From NCBI GenBank assembly GCA_030770535.1, contig JASVEC010000159.1, positions 1 to 39,220 on the forward strand: DNA of 39,220 bases, given 5' to 3'. Numbering within the stretch: the stretch's first letter is position 1; each line of letters opens with the position of its first letter. Of the stretch, positions 34,637 through 39,220 are shown in pieces. The stretch comes from Batkoa obscura (lineage: Eukaryota). Below the pieces are notes generated by a model. It searched no databases. It was not told the DNA's origin and saw only the letters and a list, made by a program, of their open reading frames with translations. Position numbers and translations under genes: made by a program.

Positions 34637-37600
34637 TTACCACTCATAATCAAATCGATCTAATGTTTCAAGGGATTTTTTAACATCTTTTGTTGCTTTT
34701 GTACGCATATAAAATATAGGACAATCTGAAGAAGCACATTGAATTTCAGTTAATAAAGAACCTTTACATCGTTGACATTCAGTCCAAAGTCGTGAATGTC
34801 TTATTTGTAATTCATGAGATTTACGTATCTATTAAGAAAACAAATTAATTATATTAAATAAGTAACTAAAATAATAATATGTACTTCTTCTTGATAAATG
34901 TCTGGTACTTTCTCTTTACACCCCTCACAAGTAGCTTTATTGTCTTTTCCTACTTCTTTTTTGCAACTTAAGCATGTGTTTTTTTTGGTTATAAACTTTC
35001 CAAATAAGCCATCAATTTTGGATCTTTTAACAACGTCTCTTGTATGTTCTCCTAAAAAAATTTCATTTGCTTTCTGTTCTCCCAAAATGGGTTCAAAGAT
35101 TCTTAATAATGGTTTTTTAATTTGATTTTCCATATAAAAATTAGAATCGATTGTTAAACCTTGTTCTAAGACATAAAGTGGATCTTCACTACGATCGCTA
35201 ATATTACTGCCTTTTTCTCCTTCTACTATAACATAGGCTACTCGATCTCCTAAAGTGGGAGCAGATCCTAAATAAAATTTAATTGATACTTTTATTATTA
35301 ATTATGCTAAATTTACCTGAATCTCTAATTCTCATTTTTTTAGCTAATTCTTCGTGGGGTTGAGCATTTACATAATCCGTTTTTGATAATGTTTTGGTAA
35401 TTACTAATAGTGACATATCAATTTTATTTTTTAATAAATCTGAAATGGCTTGTTTAGCATAACTAAATAGAAATATATTAATAAAAAATACTTTATTATT
35501 ATTATAAATAAATAAATAAACTTACTTTACTGCTCCTTGTACATCTCTATCAATCATAGCTTTATTTAAACAATTACCAATTAGAGTAGATACTAATTGA
35601 CAAGAATCTCTTCTTACAGTTTCAATACCTTTAGCATCTAATTTATCATAATGATTTGGATTAGACCAATAAACACCTGCATATCTTTTTTTATTAATTA
35701 ATAAATAAGGACAGTATACTTTTTCAAATTCAAGCGAAATTGGTTTGATAAAATGAGATGATACATATTCTGCTGCTTGTTTACCAAGTTCCATAGCTTC
35801 GGCTATATTGGTTACTTTAAAATCTACCATAACAGAATCAGTATCTCCATAAATAACATTACTTTCTGGAAACTTCTTTTTTACTAAAGCAGCTGTTTCA
35901 TTAATCATAGATCGTCCATAAGCAGTAACAGTAGCTGATATATCTAAACAAGGTAATTTACCATTGGAAGCACCTGTAAACCCATAAACAGAATTTGCAG
36001 TTATTTTTAAGGCTAATTGTCTACCATCTAATACAGCTCTTTTGAATGGATCCGTTTCTTTTTTTAAATCTCTTTTAGCAATTTTACGTGCTTGTATTAA
36101 TTCTTCTAATATGATTGGTAAAATCCCTTTTCTTTTACTATTTTTAATAAATAACATATTATTAGGAGTTAATATGTAGTCTTCATTTACAATTAGTTTT
36201 TGTTTATCAACTATTGATTTATCTATTATTAATGTAGAATAACATAAATTATGAGCCATCATAATAGAAGGATATAAGGAAGCAAAATCTAAAGTGGCAA
36301 TTGGTTCTTTATAATATCCCTTTTGTGGATCAATAACAGTTGCACCTTCATAATCTTCGGCTGGTCCATTACTATCTTTAAATGGTATTAAATATCCTTT
36401 TTCATTAGCTTTACGATATAATTGAGAAACCACTTTAATTTGTTGTCCACGTGTTAATATATAACCAAATGGTACACCAGTTACTCTTGCCATTTCTAAA
36501 TAATTAATAAATACCATTAATTTATCCATCAACCTTAATGGTAAATATGCATCTTTTAAACAATATACGGCTAATCTCCTTCTAGTTTCTGCCGAATCTT
36601 CTTGTAATTCCGATATTATTGAATAATGAACATCTTCTTTTGTTTCTTTCAAAAAATGTTCTGATACTGAATTTAAAGAATAAGATCTTAATTTATATTC
36701 TCGATTCATGACTTGTAACATATCTAATTGCAATCTACCTTCAATATTAATTACTTTAGTATCTCTACTACCATAGGCTTTTGAACTAAAATGTGAGTTT
36801 TCAGCTACACTTTTTCTATTAATAATTCGACCAAAATAAGGAAAATCTTCAATATCTAATGCTTGTGCTCTTTCTAACAGATAAGTAAAATCAAAATTAC
36901 TTGTATTATAACCAATAATTAAATCAGGATCAGAAATATTTATAAATTTAGACCAAGCTAATAATAAACTCCTTTCATCTTCAAAAGATAATACTTGAGA
37001 ACCAGCAATTGGAGCACATTGTTTTAAACAAAATATAACACTGATAAAAGGTTCTAATTCTCCTTGTCTTTTTATGATATTTCCAATTTGAATTACTGGA
37101 TCAATTTTAGCTTCTGGAAATACTCCTTTTCTTCCTTTACATTCAATATCAAAACTTAATACTCTTAAGGGTGCTATATCACTCCATTCATTCTCTGGTA
37201 AATGGGAGATGAAATTATTATAATTCACATTTAATTCATATTGACATGTTGATATTTTACTATTTTCGTTCTCAATCTTATATTTACCTTTGGGTAAGGT
37301 AATCCAATTACCACCAGATACCTAACAATTATAGTGATAATTAAGTAAAAACATATAATAATGACTCAACAATGACTTACTTTTTGATCAATCATAAATC
37401 TTAATAAATATTCAATCCCACTTTCAAAGGTATTGGTATTAAAGATTTGATATTTGTTAAATTGTAAACCAGTTGAATTATTACCAAGTAATGCTCTAAC
37501 TTTACTAATAAATCTTTGATGCATTAAAGTTACTTTAATAAATCCATGATTGCCTTCTGAATAATAATGCATAATACTTTTTTTATATACTATTTCAACG

Positions 37601-38198
37601 GAATATACACTATTGAAATCATTTAATCCAGTCTATTATTATTATTATTAAAATATAATTGATCTATTTTTAATTATTACTTCTAATGCTTTTTTGCATT
37701 CGGGTAAATCTTCTGATTTCATACCAATGGGCGCAGGAAAATAAAGATATGGTAAAAAATTTCGAACTTTACAAAGTACAGAGTTTCCTTCCTAATAAAA
37801 TTTTAAACTAATTAATGTGTTTCATTTAAATAGTAATAATACTTTACCTTAGTAATTCCATACATTCGAATTAAATGTTTCTTTGAATCTTTATCATCAC
37901 TAGCTTCATCAATTTGTAATTGTTGAAAGGCTTTTAAAAAAATCAATTAACTCTTATTCCTCATAAATCATATAGTAATTCACTTACTAAAATCTTCTTC
38001 TTCATTGATTTTTTTAGCAGGCTTGCGTTTCCAACCTATAAGTGTACTTTTAATATCTAAACAAGAAATAACAGTAGCTAAATTATTTGAGCTACCTTCT
38101 AAACAATCTTCAATAACATTTTCTTCCCAATCAATTCTATTCTTTTTTGCTGGTATCTCTACCCTACTTTTTGATTGTGATTTATTTCTTTTGGACAT
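34637..38198 (-). CDS. POL3: DNA polymerase delta catalytic subunit, 8 exons
   Basis: SFDIEC (ExoI), [43 protein letters not shown]; CysA (CLSC..CEGC) and CysB ([16 protein letters not shown]); 7 in-frame GT-AG introns. Confidence 0.97.
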
Positions 38199-38293
38199 TT
38201 TTTTTGAACAAAAAGAATATTTGGTCAAAAAGTTATTAAAATTTAAATTAATAATCTCATCCCATCATAGCATTCCATTTTAAATAAAAGAAA

Positions 38294-38334
38294 AATGCGA
38301 AATTCTAGCTATTTAATTGGCTTATTTTCGCGTT
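38294..38334. promoter_or_regulatory. Candidate G1/S (SCB/MCB/E2F-like) element upstream of POL3
   Basis: TTTTCGCGTT (revcomp AACGCGAAAA) ~130 bp upstream of the ATG, plus an inverted GCGAAA at 38297. Confidence 0.55.
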
Positions 38335-38998
38335 TTGCTCAATATCGGTTTTAATTCGCTATAGCTAAACTATTTTGAAGCCTAATTTACCAAATTGGAT
38401 AGTGAAATAATTCACTTAAAAAATGGATTATAGGAATATCTTTTAATTAAATGTATATAAAATATAATTACTCTTTAAATGTCATTATCGATTTTGAGTT
38501 CATTAATTAAATTAGGTCGATGATTTAAAACATTTGGACTGAAATAAACTAACGTCCCACTAAACCCCATTTCCTTTAAGTCACTCTCAAAATCTAATGA
38601 TGAGATGACGGTACTATATATAAGTCATAACGGCTCCGAGTTCTTTAAGTACAGTGGCCTACCAATTGATAAGTTGGTATGTTTTAAGGTAAGATAAGCC
38701 CAATCCTTCATCAAAAATAACAATAAGTTTTAAATTCTTCCTAAACAAGTATAAGGAAAACAATATGCTTTAACTAAGTTAATTAAATTAAAATGAGTAA
38801 TAGGATTAGAAACCATACTTTATTTTAGAAAATAAAAAAATAAGGAAACCCTTAATGAAACGAGGCTTTTGAGGAAGAAATTCAATTACTTGTATATTTA
38901 AAATGAATATAAAATGCATTTAACTTATATTAAATCTTATTCGATTATAGTATCAGACTTTGTAAAATAGAGGCTATTTGATTAATGTTTCAGCATTT

Positions 38999-39094
38999 GG
39001 AGATGTTTTTTTTGGCTTCATTATTTTTCTATTTTAAGTGCTATTTGAACAGAAAGATTGTTAATAAGGTTCTTAAACAAAAAAACATATCCTT
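38999..39094. mobile_element. ~97-bp MITE
   Basis: GGAGATGT...ATATCCTT; perfect ATTT/ATTT TSD. Confidence 0.88.
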
Positions 39095-39220
39095 ATTTAA
39101 ACTTTAGTCATTATTCAAAGCATTTGACTTTTTTTATAGACATTAAATTTTTATCGGAATAACAGTATTTTACTTCAAAAAAGGGTGCTAGTTTATATCG
39201 ACAGATAAATGATGTTTAAG

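Noticed and set aside
31734..38283. ORFs 31734, 31763, 32100, 34898 and 38005, and separate calls for 33198, 33835, 34089, 34849, 37366 and 37980
   Set aside because: The first set are alternative-frame or antisense overlaps; the second set are exons of TRM44 or POL3.
38520..38660. ATGATGA and CTGA motifs suggesting a C/D box snoRNA
   Set aside because: Boxes are not in a proper C...D arrangement with a terminal stem, and I recognise no rRNA antisense element.
954..39094. Recurrent repeat as CRISPR or satellite array
   Set aside because: Copies are dispersed, in both orientations, with TIRs and TSDs; no spacer regularity; the DNA is eukaryotic.

Overview
Very AT-rich eukaryotic (fungal) DNA with short ~45-90 nt GT-AG introns. 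The gene content suggests an early-diverging fungus, possibly Entomophthorales; that assignment is inference only. The left ~30 kb is accessory-like. It holds three intronless Zn2Cys6 paralogues, an F-box/LRR-like gene, a divergent TSPO, a secreted 8-Cys protein, a GH25 lysozyme pseudogene and a CLASP-N-like gene, interleaved with housekeeping genes (DPH3, a histidine acid phosphatase, NDUFAF8-like, a 56-aa TOM5-like ORF). The right ~9 kb carries a second 8-Cys protein and a conserved block: a J-protein, TRM44 and POL3. The main discovery is an apparently intact 2464-bp DDD (Sola-like) DNA transposon at 13971-16434 with GGGG...CCCC TIRs. It comes with 12 complete ~97-bp MITEs, one edge-truncated copy and two degenerate copies. 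The MITEs have 4-bp AWWT-like target duplications and align without gaps to the transposon's right end.
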